The notes under the pieces are model-generated. The model saw only the letters and a program-made list of their open reading frames with translations. It did not search any database and had not been told where the DNA came from. From Chrysotila carterae (taxonomy: Eukaryota): 32,000 bases of DNA. Shown here piece after piece: positions 1-11,100 of this stretch. Each line of letters opens with the position of its first letter. Position 1 is the first letter of the stretch. The stretch lies in the NCBI GenBank assembly GCA_054660715.1, contig BAAGDD010003710.1, positions 135,001 through 167,000 on the forward strand, in the 5' to 3' direction. The position numbers and the translations under genes are program-made.

Positions 1-474
1 CGCATCGAGGCTGGAGTTGGCAGCACTATAGTTTGCTTGTCCGGCACCGCCAAGTAACGCCGCCACTGAGGAAAAGAGCACGCAAGCGCGCAGCTCATGC
101 GAATTGCACGCAGCGCGCAGTGTAGCAGCTCCGTCCGCCTTCGGTGCGTGCACGGAACGGAGAGCGCCGTCGGTCTGCTTCGAAAGCACGCCGTCCGCCA
201 GCACCCCTGCCGAGTGCCACACGCCTCGTAGCGGCAGCAGCTCGTTCCGAAGCACGCTGAAGAGGCTGCGGGCCTCGCTTGTCTCTGACGCATCGCACCG
301 CACCACAAAGCCAACCGCATCACTCGCGCGAATGCGAGGCCATTCATCGCGCGCACTGCCGGTGAGCACGCCCGATCGAGACGCTAGTACCACCTCTGAC
401 GCGCCGCGGCAAGCAAGCCAGCGAGACGTGAGCAGCCCGAGACCACTAAGGCCACCCAACACGACATGTGCACC
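1..474 (-). other. KR catalytic domain, truncated by the window edge
   Basis: Match to 16306..16779. Reads up to YSAANSSLDA. Confidence 0.82.
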
Positions 475-2151
475 GGACGCAGCAGACTTGGACTCACTCC
501 GCGCCGTGCAAACCCGCAACACCACCTTCCCAATGTTGCGCCCACTCTGGAGAAACCGGAACGCGGCCTCAAACTGCGTTTCAAGGTCGAAGCTGCTCAG
601 CGGCAAGCTGCTCGTCACTTTCATGCCTGCACGGCGAGACAGCAGCTCCAAAACGGAGTGCATCCAGACGGTGTCAGCAGCCATGTCGGCGTCCAGAGCA
701 ATCGCGCGATACGACACCGATGGTGCTGCGGCGCTGCAGCGCAAGTCCGCCCAGATCGCCCTCTTCCCTATCTCACCGAAGCACGCTCGCTCGCCAAGCA
801 CCGCGAATGAAGCCGAGATGAAGTCTCCCGATAGGCTGTTCAGCGCCGCGCGCGCACGAGTTGCACACAACATCGTAGCAAGCCCTCGCCCACACGCAGC
901 GCCATCGCGAGAGCTGCACAGAGCCTCGACACCTCCTGACCGTAGCAACTCGTGCTTGGCTGGCCGACCGGCGCTGCCGATGCACTGAGAATGCAGCCAA
1001 TGCGCGTACTCGACAGCCTTGAGACCGACGCCGCCCGCAGCAGCCTGAACAATGATCAGATCTGAAGCCCGCAAGGCCGAGCGCTCCAGAGCTACGTGCA
1101 CAGTGCTCCACGTGACTGGCAGCGTAGACGCCTCCTCGAAGGAGAGCGCTGATGGCTTCCGTGCGAGTAGCAGGGAGCTGCTCAATGCAAAGCAAGCGAG
1201 CGGCGCGCTGCCGATTCCAAACATCGCATCACCAGCCGAGTATTGGCATGGACGCGCAGCCGTCTCAATCTCGCCAGCACAGTCCGCGCCAGGCGGTCCT
1301 GGATCGCCAGGGTACTCTCCAAGAACATTGAGCACGTCTCGAAAGTTGAGACCTACTGCACGCACACGGAGTACGACAAAGCCCGCAGCAGGAGCATCAG
1401 GCATGACCTGCGGCTCGAGGCGCAGATTGCTGATGGCCCCGCGCCCACGCAACTCAAGCCGCACTGCGCCAACCGGCGCAGGCCGCAGCGGAGCCAAGCG
1501 GCTCACCAAGCAGGCCTGCCGCCCACAAACAAATTCGAACTCTCCCGCAGCGATCTCCTCTCCTCGTGAAGCGACGAATGACAACAGCGACGCAGGGAGC
1601 GACCAACAGTCTCTCAGATCTGCACAGATCAACGGCAGCTGTGCCTCTGCGCGCGCCGAGCGCGCAAAGCCCCACAGGCCTCCGTGCATCGGATCCGACG
1701 CGCACGAGCCAGCAGTCTGCTGCACTCCGCGGCACAAGAGCCACACGGCAGGCGGGCTTGGCGTGAGTGCCTGGCGTTGCACTAGGGCGAGCACGCTGCT
1801 GAGGACCGAGAGCGAGCTCGCACGCGCTCGACACAGACCGGACGCAACGGCGACCGCCGCCCAGCTGCCGAGAGCGGCGGGCATCATGGGCCGTCGAGCG
1901 CCCGCATCGACGCCGCCACCTGCTGCTCCCACATGGCTTTGCGAGGTGCAGCCGAGCAGCAGCACGCAAGCCGCGGCTGACGTCTCCGGGACAGAAGTCG
2001 AAGGTCTCCAGTCAGTGGCGTACAGGTGCTCGACGACCGCCGCGGCGCTCTTGAGACTGCGCACCTTGAAGCCGGAAAGCTGCGCACCAGACGAGCCTCG
2101 AAGACCGCCGAGCCGCACCGACATCGCGTCGGCGCCGGTCGCTGCGACCAC
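1..2151 (-). CDS. PKS segment, open at the window edge: DH C-terminal part / KR structural part - ER - KR (partial)
   Basis: Not in the ORF track because it has no closing stop in the window. It aligns without net length change to 16306..18456 (offset 16305). Codons at 1..30 on the minus strand read YSAANSSLDA, the KR active-site Tyr region. Confidence 0.88.
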   Translation of the reverse strand, partial: MVAATGADAMSVRLGGLRGSSGAQLSGFKVRSLKSAAAVVEHLYATDWRPSTSVPETSAAACVLLLGCTSQSHVGAAGGGVDAGARRPMMPAALGSWAAVAVASGLCRARASSLSVLSSVLALVQRQALTPSPPAVWLLCRGVQQTAGSCASDPMHGGLWGFARSARAEAQLPLICADLRDCWSLPASLLSFVASRGEEIAAGEFEFVCGRQACLVSRLAPLRPAPVGAVRLELRGRGAISNLRLEPQVMPDAPAAGFVVLRVRAVGLNFRDVLNVLGEYPGDPGPPGADCAGEIETAARPCQYSAGDAMFGIGSAPLACFALSSSLLLARKPSALSFEEASTLPVTWSTVHVALERSALRASDLIIVQAAAGGVGLKAVEYAHWLHSQCIGSAGRPAKHELLRSGGVEALCSSRDGAACGRGLATMLCATRARAALNSLSGDFISASFAVLGERACFGEIGKRAIWADLRCSAAAPSVSYRAIALDADMAADTVWMHSVLELLSRRAGMKVTSSLPLSSFDLETQFEAAFRFLQSGRNIGKVVLRVCTARSESKSAASGAHVVLGGLSGLGLLTSRWLACRGASEVVLASRSGVLTGSARDEWPRIRASDAVGFVVRCDASETSEARSLFSVLRNELLPLRGVWHSAGVLADGVLSKQTDGALRSVHAPKADGAATLRAACNSHELRACVLFSSVAALLGGAGQANYSAANSSLDA

Positions 2152-5100
2152 CTGCGTGCGCACATCCGCAACACGCCATCCGCGTTTTCCGCAAAGACAC
2201 CGACACAAGAAGTAGCGCTCCATCGACATGCTATTCACATGCATGCTCTAAGCAATGCGAGGGGCGTCACGGGCGCACCGTCCACAGCTCTCCAGCAGCA
2301 TCGCCGAGGACTGCAGTGTCGACCGCAAACGGCAAGCGCGTCTCGCTGCTGCCATCGCCGGCTCGGCCTGCACTGCTGCGGCTCGTCGCAAGCATCGTCA
2401 GCTGCAGTGCGCCATCGAGGTCCGCAGGGTGCACGCAGGTACCTTCGCGACGTGCGCGCGGTCGCAGTCTCGCGACTGCGGAGCCCGCAGAGCTGCGAGC
2501 AGCCCACAACTGCGTCAGCACCTGGAACGCCTGTCCGTACTCGAGACCGAGGGAGTGGAACGCGGCGTACACGACACGCGGCGCGACCGCGTGCGCGCCT
2601 CGACAGGCACGCGACCAACCGCTCAGTGGACACACACTCAGTGCGTCTGCACGTGCCGCCGTCATGGTGCCAGTGCAATGGACGGTGGCTTCGGAGAGCG
2701 CATCTGCCTCAAGGACGCCGCTGCGCAGCTCAAATCGGCCGTCGACCGCTTCGCACTCAAGGTACTTGCCATCGGAAACCACAAAGGGCTGCAGGAAGAA
2801 CACGCCACTGAGACTCGCTCTGGCGCTGCCGTCGCCAAAAGACGACCTCGCGTCTGTGCTCTGGCCTGCAGAGTAGAGCGCACGCGCCGTTTCCAAGTAG
2901 CTTGCGCCGGGGAAGACTACCTGGCCCGACACCACGTGGTCGTGGACCAGCGCGAACAGCTGACCGGCGCATGCGGATCGGTAACACATCGTTTCTGGCT
3001 GCGCCGCCACCTCAAGCCTTGTTTGCAGGGCTGGATGGGCTTCTTGCACCCATGGGAGACGTGCGCGCAGAAAGCGCACCTCAAAGACGCTAGACGCATG
3101 ATCGACGCTTCTTGTGGATGGCGAGGAATCGTGCGAGGTAAGCAAGGCGTGCGCAATGGTTCCGCTATAGCCAAACGAGCTGACGCCTCCCAGCCGAGTG
3201 CCAGAGACGTTATTTGAGTGAGAGGCTATCGAAGCACATTGAGACGCAAAGTGGCCTCGGACAGACAAGGCTTCAACTGCGAGGACGTGAGGGTTCACAA
3301 CCCTAAGCTGTGCGTTTGGCACGATGCTGCCTGTCATTGCTATCACTATGCCAAGCTTTTGCAAGCCAATCATTCCCGCTGCTGGCTCTGCGTGCCCCAT
3401 GTTTGCTTTCACACCCCCAATCTGCAGAACATCGAGGTCCGACTGTCGTGATTGGAGCAAGGCCTTGGCGATGGCCCCCGTCTCAATCGGATCCCCGAGA
3501 GAAGTGCCCGTTCCATGCGCCTCAAGAATCTCAATGCTATCCGCCGACACTGCTGCGCTGCGGCACGCTGCGTGTAGCAGTAGCTGCTGTGCCTGGCCAC
3601 TTGGTGCGGTCAAGCTTGCGCTGCGTCCGTCTTGTCGAACAGCATCCGCGAGCAGCAGCACTGACTCGGGCTTGGAATGCTCCTCACGCGACAGCACCGC
3701 TGGACATATGGCTTCGCTTCGAGCATAGCCATCTGCACGAGCGTCGAACGTGAATGATTTGCCGCTCGGCGATGTCATACCAGCAATACCGACGGCAGCT
3801 GCGTTTGCCGGACTGAAGATCATGTTAACTCCGGCAACCAGCGCGCTGCGGCATTCACCAAACTCAACGTGCTGCCGCGCGCCAGAACAGGCCACGAGAC
3901 CGCTTGAGCAGGCCGTATCATACGAGATGCAGGGCCCCTGCAGCCCAAGCACAAATGACAACCGACCGACGACAACCGAGCATGTGCTTGCGGTTGCTGC
4001 GTAGACACTCTTGCCAGCAGGAGTGCGAGAGAGCACATCTGCGTACTCACACGCCCATACGCCAACAAAGACGCCGACACCCGAACCAAGCAAGCTCGGC
4101 TTCCGCTCCCCGTGGTGACGCAGCGCAGCGTAGCCCGTCTCGAGGAGGAGACGCTGCTGCGGATCCATGACTGTAGCCTCAGCAGATGAGATGGCGAAGA
4201 AACCAGAGTCGAAGAGTTCGGCGTCGCAAAGGAATCCGCCATACTGCATGGCGGCCACTGGCACAACAGAGGGAGTTTTCCAGCGCGAAGCTGGTACCTG
4301 GCCCACCAGATCTGCGCCATGCAAGACAACCGAAAGCATTTGGTCCGTCGCTGAGCCACAGTGCGGTAGACGCGCCCGCAGAGGACTGAGCGTAGCCTGC
4401 ATCTGGTTGTCGCTTTGACGTGCCACGTCTAGGCCGCGCGATGCCGGCGTAGCGCTCTCTTCTTCAGCGCTTAACATTGAGGCCAGTTGTCGAGCGGTTG
4501 GGAAGTCGAAGATGAGAGTGCTTGGCAGCTTGACACTCTCTCCGGCAGCACGTTGCAGGCTGTTCCGTAGCTCCACTGCCCCCAGAGAATCGAGACCTGC
4601 ATCAAGCAGGGGTGCGTCGGCGTCCACTGCCGTTCCCGCAGTGCGGCGGACGAGCTCAAGCACAGCGTCTAGAGACACACCGGCCGTAGCTGCACCCGTC
4701 GCACCAAGCTGTTTTGGCACCGGTGCATTCTGCGCGTGAAGCCCCCGCCCAACAACCTGCAGAAACGGAGGCACATCATGCACTGCGCTCAGAATGCGGC
4801 CCCAAGCTGCAGGTACAACTCCCAACACAGACGGGTGGCTCGGATGCACGACTGCTCGCATCGCAAGGAGCCCCTGCAGCGTAGAGATTTGGCCCAGCCC
4901 TGATGTGGCAGACAGCTGCGCTGTCCTCTTGGCCGCAGCGCCTCTGGTGGCCATTCCAATCTCGGACCATGCAGCCCACTGGATGCTGGTAGATGCGAGG
5001 CCTCCTTCACGCCGAAGAGTAGAAACGGCATCCAAAGCGGCATTTGCGGCGCTGTAATTGGCCTGTCCGGCACCGCCAAGCAGCGCTGAAACAGACGAGA

Positions 5101-8100
5101 AGAGCACACACGCGCGCAGCTGCAACTGGCTGCCCGCACCGTGCAGCAGCAATGCGCCTTGCTCCTTCGGTGCGCTCACATCTCGCAAGACCCGCGAGCT
5201 CTGATTCAATAGAAGACTGTCAGCAGTGACTCCAGCCGCATGCCACATTCCTCGTATTGGTGGCAGCTCGTGTTGCATTGCGCATAGGCGCTGATGAACA
5301 CAGCTTGCCTCCGACATGTCGAACGATTGCACAAGCACTGTGCTCTCGGCACGCCGAGCACCCAGCCACTCGTCGGCACGCATCTGAGGCGCTGCAGCCC
5401 CTCGCGAGCCAAGGACCAAGCAAGCGGCCCCTTGCCCTGCGAGCCAACCAGCTGTAAGCAAGCCGAGGCCGCGCGTGCCTCCAGACACAAAGTGTGTGCC
5501 ATCGTGCAAAACAGGTGCAGCGCTGTGAGCTACGACGTGCAGAAGCGGCACCAGACGGGCTACGCGTGGCCCTGAATGGTGCAGCAGAAGTTCAGGCTCA
5601 CTAGAAGCTTCCATGACGGACGCCAGCGACGAGACAACTTGAGCAGCAGAGGAGGACTGGTGGCCTTGGAGATCAACGCAGACCAATGGCAGCTGTGCCT
5701 CTGCGCGCGCCGAGCGCGCAAAGCCCCACAGGCCTCCGTGCGTCGGATCAGACGCGCACGAGCCAGCAGTCTGCTGCACTCCGCGGCACAAGAGCCACAC
5801 GGCAGGCGGGCTTGGCGTGAGTGCCTGGCGTTGCACTAAGGCGAGCACGCTGCTGAGGACCGAGAGCGAGCTCGCACGCGCTCGACACAGACCGGACGCA
5901 ACGGCTACCGCCGTCCAGCTGCCGAGAGCGGCGGGCATCATGGACCGTCGAGCGCCCGCATCGACGCCGCCACCTGCTGCTCCCACATGGCTTCGCGAGG
6001 TGCAGCCGAGCAGCAGCACGCAGGCCGCGGCTGACATCTCCGGGACGAAAGTCGAAGGCCTCCAGTCAGTGGCGTACAGGTGCTCGACGACCGCCGCGGC
6101 GCTCTTGAGACTGCGCACCTTGAAGCCGGAAAGCTGCGCACCAGACGAGCCTCGAAGACCGCCGAGCCGCACCGACATCGCGTCGGCGCCGGTCGCTGCG
6201 ACCACCTGCGTGCGCACATCCGCAACACGCCATCCGCGTTATCCGCAAAGACACCGACACAAGAAGTAGCGCTCCATCGACATGCTATTCACATGCATGC
6301 TCTAAGCAACGCGAGGGGCGTCACGGGCGCACCGTCCACAGCTCTCCAGCAGCATCACCAAGCACTGCAGTGTCGACCGCAAACGGCAAGCGCGTCTCGC
6401 TGCTGCCATCGCCGGCTCGGCCTGCACTGCTGCGGCTCATCGCAAGCATCGTCAGCTGCAGTGCGCCATCGAGGTCCGCAGGGTGCACGCAGGTACCTTC
6501 GCGACGTGCGCGCGGTCGCAGTCTCGCGACTGCGGAGCCCGCAGAGCTGCGTGCAGCCCACAACTGCGTCAGCACCTGGAACGCCTGTCCGTACTCGAGA
6601 CCGAGGGAGTGGAACGCGGCGTACACGACACGCGGCGCGACCGCGTGCGCGCCTCGACAGGCACGCGACCAACCGCTCAGTGGACACACACTCAGTGCGT
6701 CTGCACGTGCCGCCGCCATGGTGCCAGTGCAATGGACGGTGGCTTCGGAGAGCGCATCTGCCTCAAGGACGCCGCTGCGCAGCTCAAATCGGCCGTCGAC
6801 CGCTTCGCACTCAAGGTACTTGCCATCGGAAACCACAAAGGGCTGCAGGAAGAACACGCCACTGAGACTCGCTCTGGCGCTGCCGTCGCCAAAGGGCGGC
6901 CTCGCGTCTGTGCTTTGGCCGGCAGAGTAGAGCGCACGCGCCGTTTCCAAGTAGCCTGCGCCGGGGAAGACTACCTGGCCCGACACCACGTGGTCGTGGA
7001 CCAGCGCGAACAGCTGACCGGCGCATGCGGATCGGTAACACATCGTTTCTGGCTGCGCCGCCACCTCAAGCCTTGTTTGCAGGGCTGGATGGGCTTCTTG
7101 CACCCATGGGAGACGTGCGCGCAGAAAGCGCACCTCAAAGACGCTAGACGCATGATCGACGCTTCTTGTGGATGGCGAGGAATCGTGCGAGGTAAGCAAG
7201 GCGTGCGCAATGGTTCCGCTATAGCCAAACGAGCTGACGCCTCCCAGCCGAGTGCCAGAGACGCTGTTTGGGCGAGAGACCATCGAAGCATATTGAGACG
7301 CAAAGTGGCCTCGGACAGATAAGGCTTCAACTGCGAGGACGTGAGGGTTCACAATCCTAAGCTGTGCGTTTGGCACGATGCTGCCTGTCATTGCTATCAC
7401 TATGCCAAGCTTGTGCAAGCCAATCATTCCCGCTGCTGGCTCTGCATGCCCCATGTTTGCTTTCACACCCCCAAGCTGCAAAACATCGAGGTCCGACTGT
7501 CGTGATTGGAGCAAGGCCTTGGCGATGGCCCCCGTCTCAATCGGATCCCCGAGAGAAGTGCCCGTTCCATGCGCCTCAAGAATCTCAATGCTATCCGCCG
7601 ACACTGCTGCGCTGCGGCACGCTGCGTGTAGCAGTAGCTGCTGTGCCTGGCCACTTGGTGCGGTCAAGCTTGCGCTGCGTCCGTCTTGTCGAACAGCATC
7701 CGCGAGCAGCAGCACTGACTCGGGCTTGGAATGCTCCTCACGCGACAGCACCGCTGGACATATGGCTTCGCTTCGAGCATAGCCATCTGCACGAGCGTCG
7801 AACGTGAATGATTTGCCGCTCGGCGATGTCATACCAGCAATGCCGACGGCAGCTGCGTTTGCCGGACTGAAGATCATGTTAACTCCAGCAACCAGCGCGC
7901 TGCGGCATTCACCAAACTCAACGTGCTGCCGCGCGCCAGAACAGGCCACGAGACCGCTTGAGCAGGCAGTATCGTACGAGATGCAGGGCCCCTGCAGCCC
8001 GAGCACAAATGACAACCGACCGACGACAACCGAGCATGTGCTTGCGGTTGCTGCGTAGACACTCTTGCCAGCAGGAGTGCGAGAGAGCACATCTGTGTAC

Positions 8101-11100
8101 TCACACGCCCAAACGCCAACAAAGACGCCGACACCCGAACCAAGCAAGCTCGGCTTCCGCTCCCCGTGGTGACGCAGCGCAGCGTAGCCCGTCTCGAGGA
8201 GGAGACGCTGCTGCGGATCCATGACTGTAGCCTCAGCAGATGAGATGGCGAAGAAACCAGAGTCGAAGAGTTCGGCGTCGCAAAGGAATCCGCCATACTG
8301 CATGGCGGCCACTGGCACAACAGAGGGAGTTTTCCAGCGCGAAGCTGGTACCTGGCCCACCAGATCTGCGCCATGCAAGACAACCGAAAGCATTTGGTCC
8401 GTCGCTGAGCCACAGTGCGGTAGACGCGCCCGCAGAGGACTGAGCGTAGCCTGCATCTGGTTGTCGCTTTGACGTGCCACGTCTAGGACGCGCGATGCCG
8501 GCGTAGCGCTCTCTTCTTCAGCGCTTAACATTGAGGCCAGTTGTCGAGCGGTTGGGAAGTCGAAGATGAGAGTGCTTGGCAGCTTGACACTCTCTCCGGC
8601 AGCACGTTGCAGGCTGTTCCGTAGCTCCACTGCCCCCAGAGAATCGAGACCTGCATCAAGCAGGGGTGCGTCGGCGTCCACTGCCGTTCCCGCAGTGCGG
8701 CGGACGAGCTCAAGCACAGCGTCAAGAGACACACCGGCCGTAGCTGCACCCGTCGCACCAAGCTGTTTTGGCACCGGTGCATTCTGCGCGTGAAGCCCCC
8801 GCCCAACAACCTGCAGAAACGGAGGCACATCATGCACTGCGCTCAGAATGCGGCCCCAAGCTGCAGGTACAACTCCCACCACAGACGGGTGGCTCGGATG
8901 CACGACTGCTCGCATCGCAAGGAGCCCCTGCAGCGTAGAGATTTGGCCCAGCCCTGATGTGGCAGACAGCTGCGCTGTCCTCTTGGCCGCAGCGCCTCTG
9001 GTGGCCATTCCAATCTCGGACCATGCAGCCCACTGGATGCTGGTAGATGCGAGGCCTCCCTCACGCCGAAGAGTTGAAACGGCATCCAAAGCGGCATTTG
9101 CGGCGCTGTAATTGGCCTGTCCGGCACCGCCAAGCAGCGCTGAAACAGACGAGAAGAGCACACACGCGCGCAGCTGCAACTGGCTGCCCGCACCGTGCAG
9201 CAGCAATGCGCCTTGCTCCTTCGGTGCGCTCACATCTCGCAAGACCCGCGAGCTCTGATTCAATAGAAGACTGTCAGCAGTGACTCCAGCCGCATGCCAC
9301 ATTCCTCGTATTGGTGGCAGCTCGTGTTGCATTGCGCATAGGCGCTGATGAACACAGCTTGCCTCCGACATGTCGAACGATTGCACAAGCACTGTGCTCT
9401 CGGCACGCCGAGCACCCAGCCACTCGTCGGCACGCATCTGAGGCGCTGCAGCCCCTCGCGAGCCAAGGACCAAGCAAGCGGCCCCTTGCCCTGCGAGCCA
9501 ACCAGCTGTAAGCAAGCCGAGGCCGCGCGTGCCTCCAGACACAAAGTGTGTGCCATCGTGCAAAACAGGTGCAGCGCTGTGAGCTACGACGTGCAGAAGC
9601 GGGACCAGACGGGCTACGCGTGGCCCTGAATGGTGCAGCAGAAGTTCAGGCTCACTAGAAGCTTCCATGACGGACGCCAGCGACGAGACAACTTGAGCAG
9701 CAGAGGAGGACTGGTGGCCTTGGAGATCAACGCAGACCAATGGCAGCTGTGCCTCTGCGCGCGCCGAGCGCGCAAAGCCCCACAGGCCTCCGTGCGTCGG
9801 ATCAGACGCGCACGAGCCAGCAGTCTGCTGCACTCCGCGGCACAAGAGCCACACGGCAGGCGGGCTTGGCGTGAGTGCCTGGCGCTGTACTAGGGCGAGC
9901 ACGCTGCTGAGGACCGAGAGCGAGCTCGCACGCGCTCGACACAGACCGGACGCAACGGCGACCGCCGCCCAGCTGCCGAGAGCGGCGGGCATCATGGACC
10001 GTCGAGCGCCCGCATCGACGCTGCCACCTGCTGCTCCTACATGGCTTCGCGAGGTGCAGCCGAGCAGCAGCACGCAGGCCGCGGCTGACGTCTCCCGGAC
10101 GAAAGTCGAAGGTCTCCAGTCAGTGGCGTACAGGTGCTCGACGACCGCCGCGGCGCTCTTGAGACTGCGCACCTTGAAGCCGGAAAGCTGCGCACCAGAC
10201 GAGCCTCGAAGACCGCCGAGCCGCACCGACATCGCGTCGGCGCCGGTCGCTGCGACCACCTGCGTGCGCACATCCGCAACACGCCATCCGCGTTATCCGC
10301 AAAGACACCGACACAAGAAGTAGCGCTCCATCGACATGCTATTCACATGCATGCTCTAAGCAACGCGAGGGGCGTCACGGGCGCACCGTCCACAGCTCTC
10401 CAGCAGCATCACCAAGCACTGCAGTGTCGACCGCAAACGGCAAGCGCGTCTCGCTGCTGCCATCGCCGGCTCGGCCTGCACTGCTGCGGCTCATCGCAAG
10501 CATCGTCAGCTGCAGTGCGCCATCGAGGTCCGCAGGGTGCACGCAGGTACCTTCGCGACGTGCGCGCGGTCGCAGTCTCGCGACTGCGGAGCCCGCAGAG
10601 CTGCGAGCAGCCCACAACTGCGTCAGCACCTGGAACGCCTGTCCGTACTCGAGACCGAGGGAGTGGAACGCGGCGTACACGACACGCGGCGCGACCGCGT
10701 GCGCGCCTCGACAGGCACGCGACCAACCGCTCAGTGGACACACACTCAGTGCGTCTGCACGTGCCGCCGTCATGGCGCCAGTGCAATGGACGGTGGCTTC
10801 GGAGAGCGCATCTGCCTCAAGAACGCCGCTGCGCAGCTCAAATCGGCCGTCGACCGCTTCGCACTCAAGGTACTTGCCATCGGAAACCACAAAGGGCTGC
10901 AGGAAGAACACGCCACTGAGACTCGCTCTGGCGCTGCCGTCGCCAAAGGGCGGCCTCGCGTCTGTGCTTTGGCCGGCAGAGTAGAGCGCACGCGCCGTTT
11001 CCAAGTAGCCTGCGCCGGGGAAGACTACCTGGCCCGACACCACGTGGTCGTGGACCAGTGAAAACAGCTGACCGGGGCATGCGGATCGGTAACACATCGT

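Larger units (their letters stand above)
2152..6205 (-). repeat. Tandem unit, short type (4054 bp), copy 1: intron + KR-ACP-KS-DH
   Basis: Intron acceptor to intron acceptor spacing is exactly 4054 bp, near-identical to 6206..10259. Confidence 0.93.
6206..10259 (-). repeat. Tandem unit, short type (4054 bp), copy 2
   Basis: Near-identical to 2152..6205, no net indels. Confidence 0.93.

Noticed and set aside
2162-2278. Separate small genes starting MSVSLR... or ...MSMERYFLCRCLCG at each junction
   Set aside because: These peptides come from the intron segment read in different frames. They contain stops, vary by 1-nt indels between copies, and have no PKS homology.
2267-2278. Programmed frameshift or stop-codon readthrough at the junctions instead of splicing
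   Set aside because: Exact GT...AG boundaries give perfect DH continuity at all six sites. The intervening sequence has an in-frame stop and tolerates indels. cDNA is still needed for proof.
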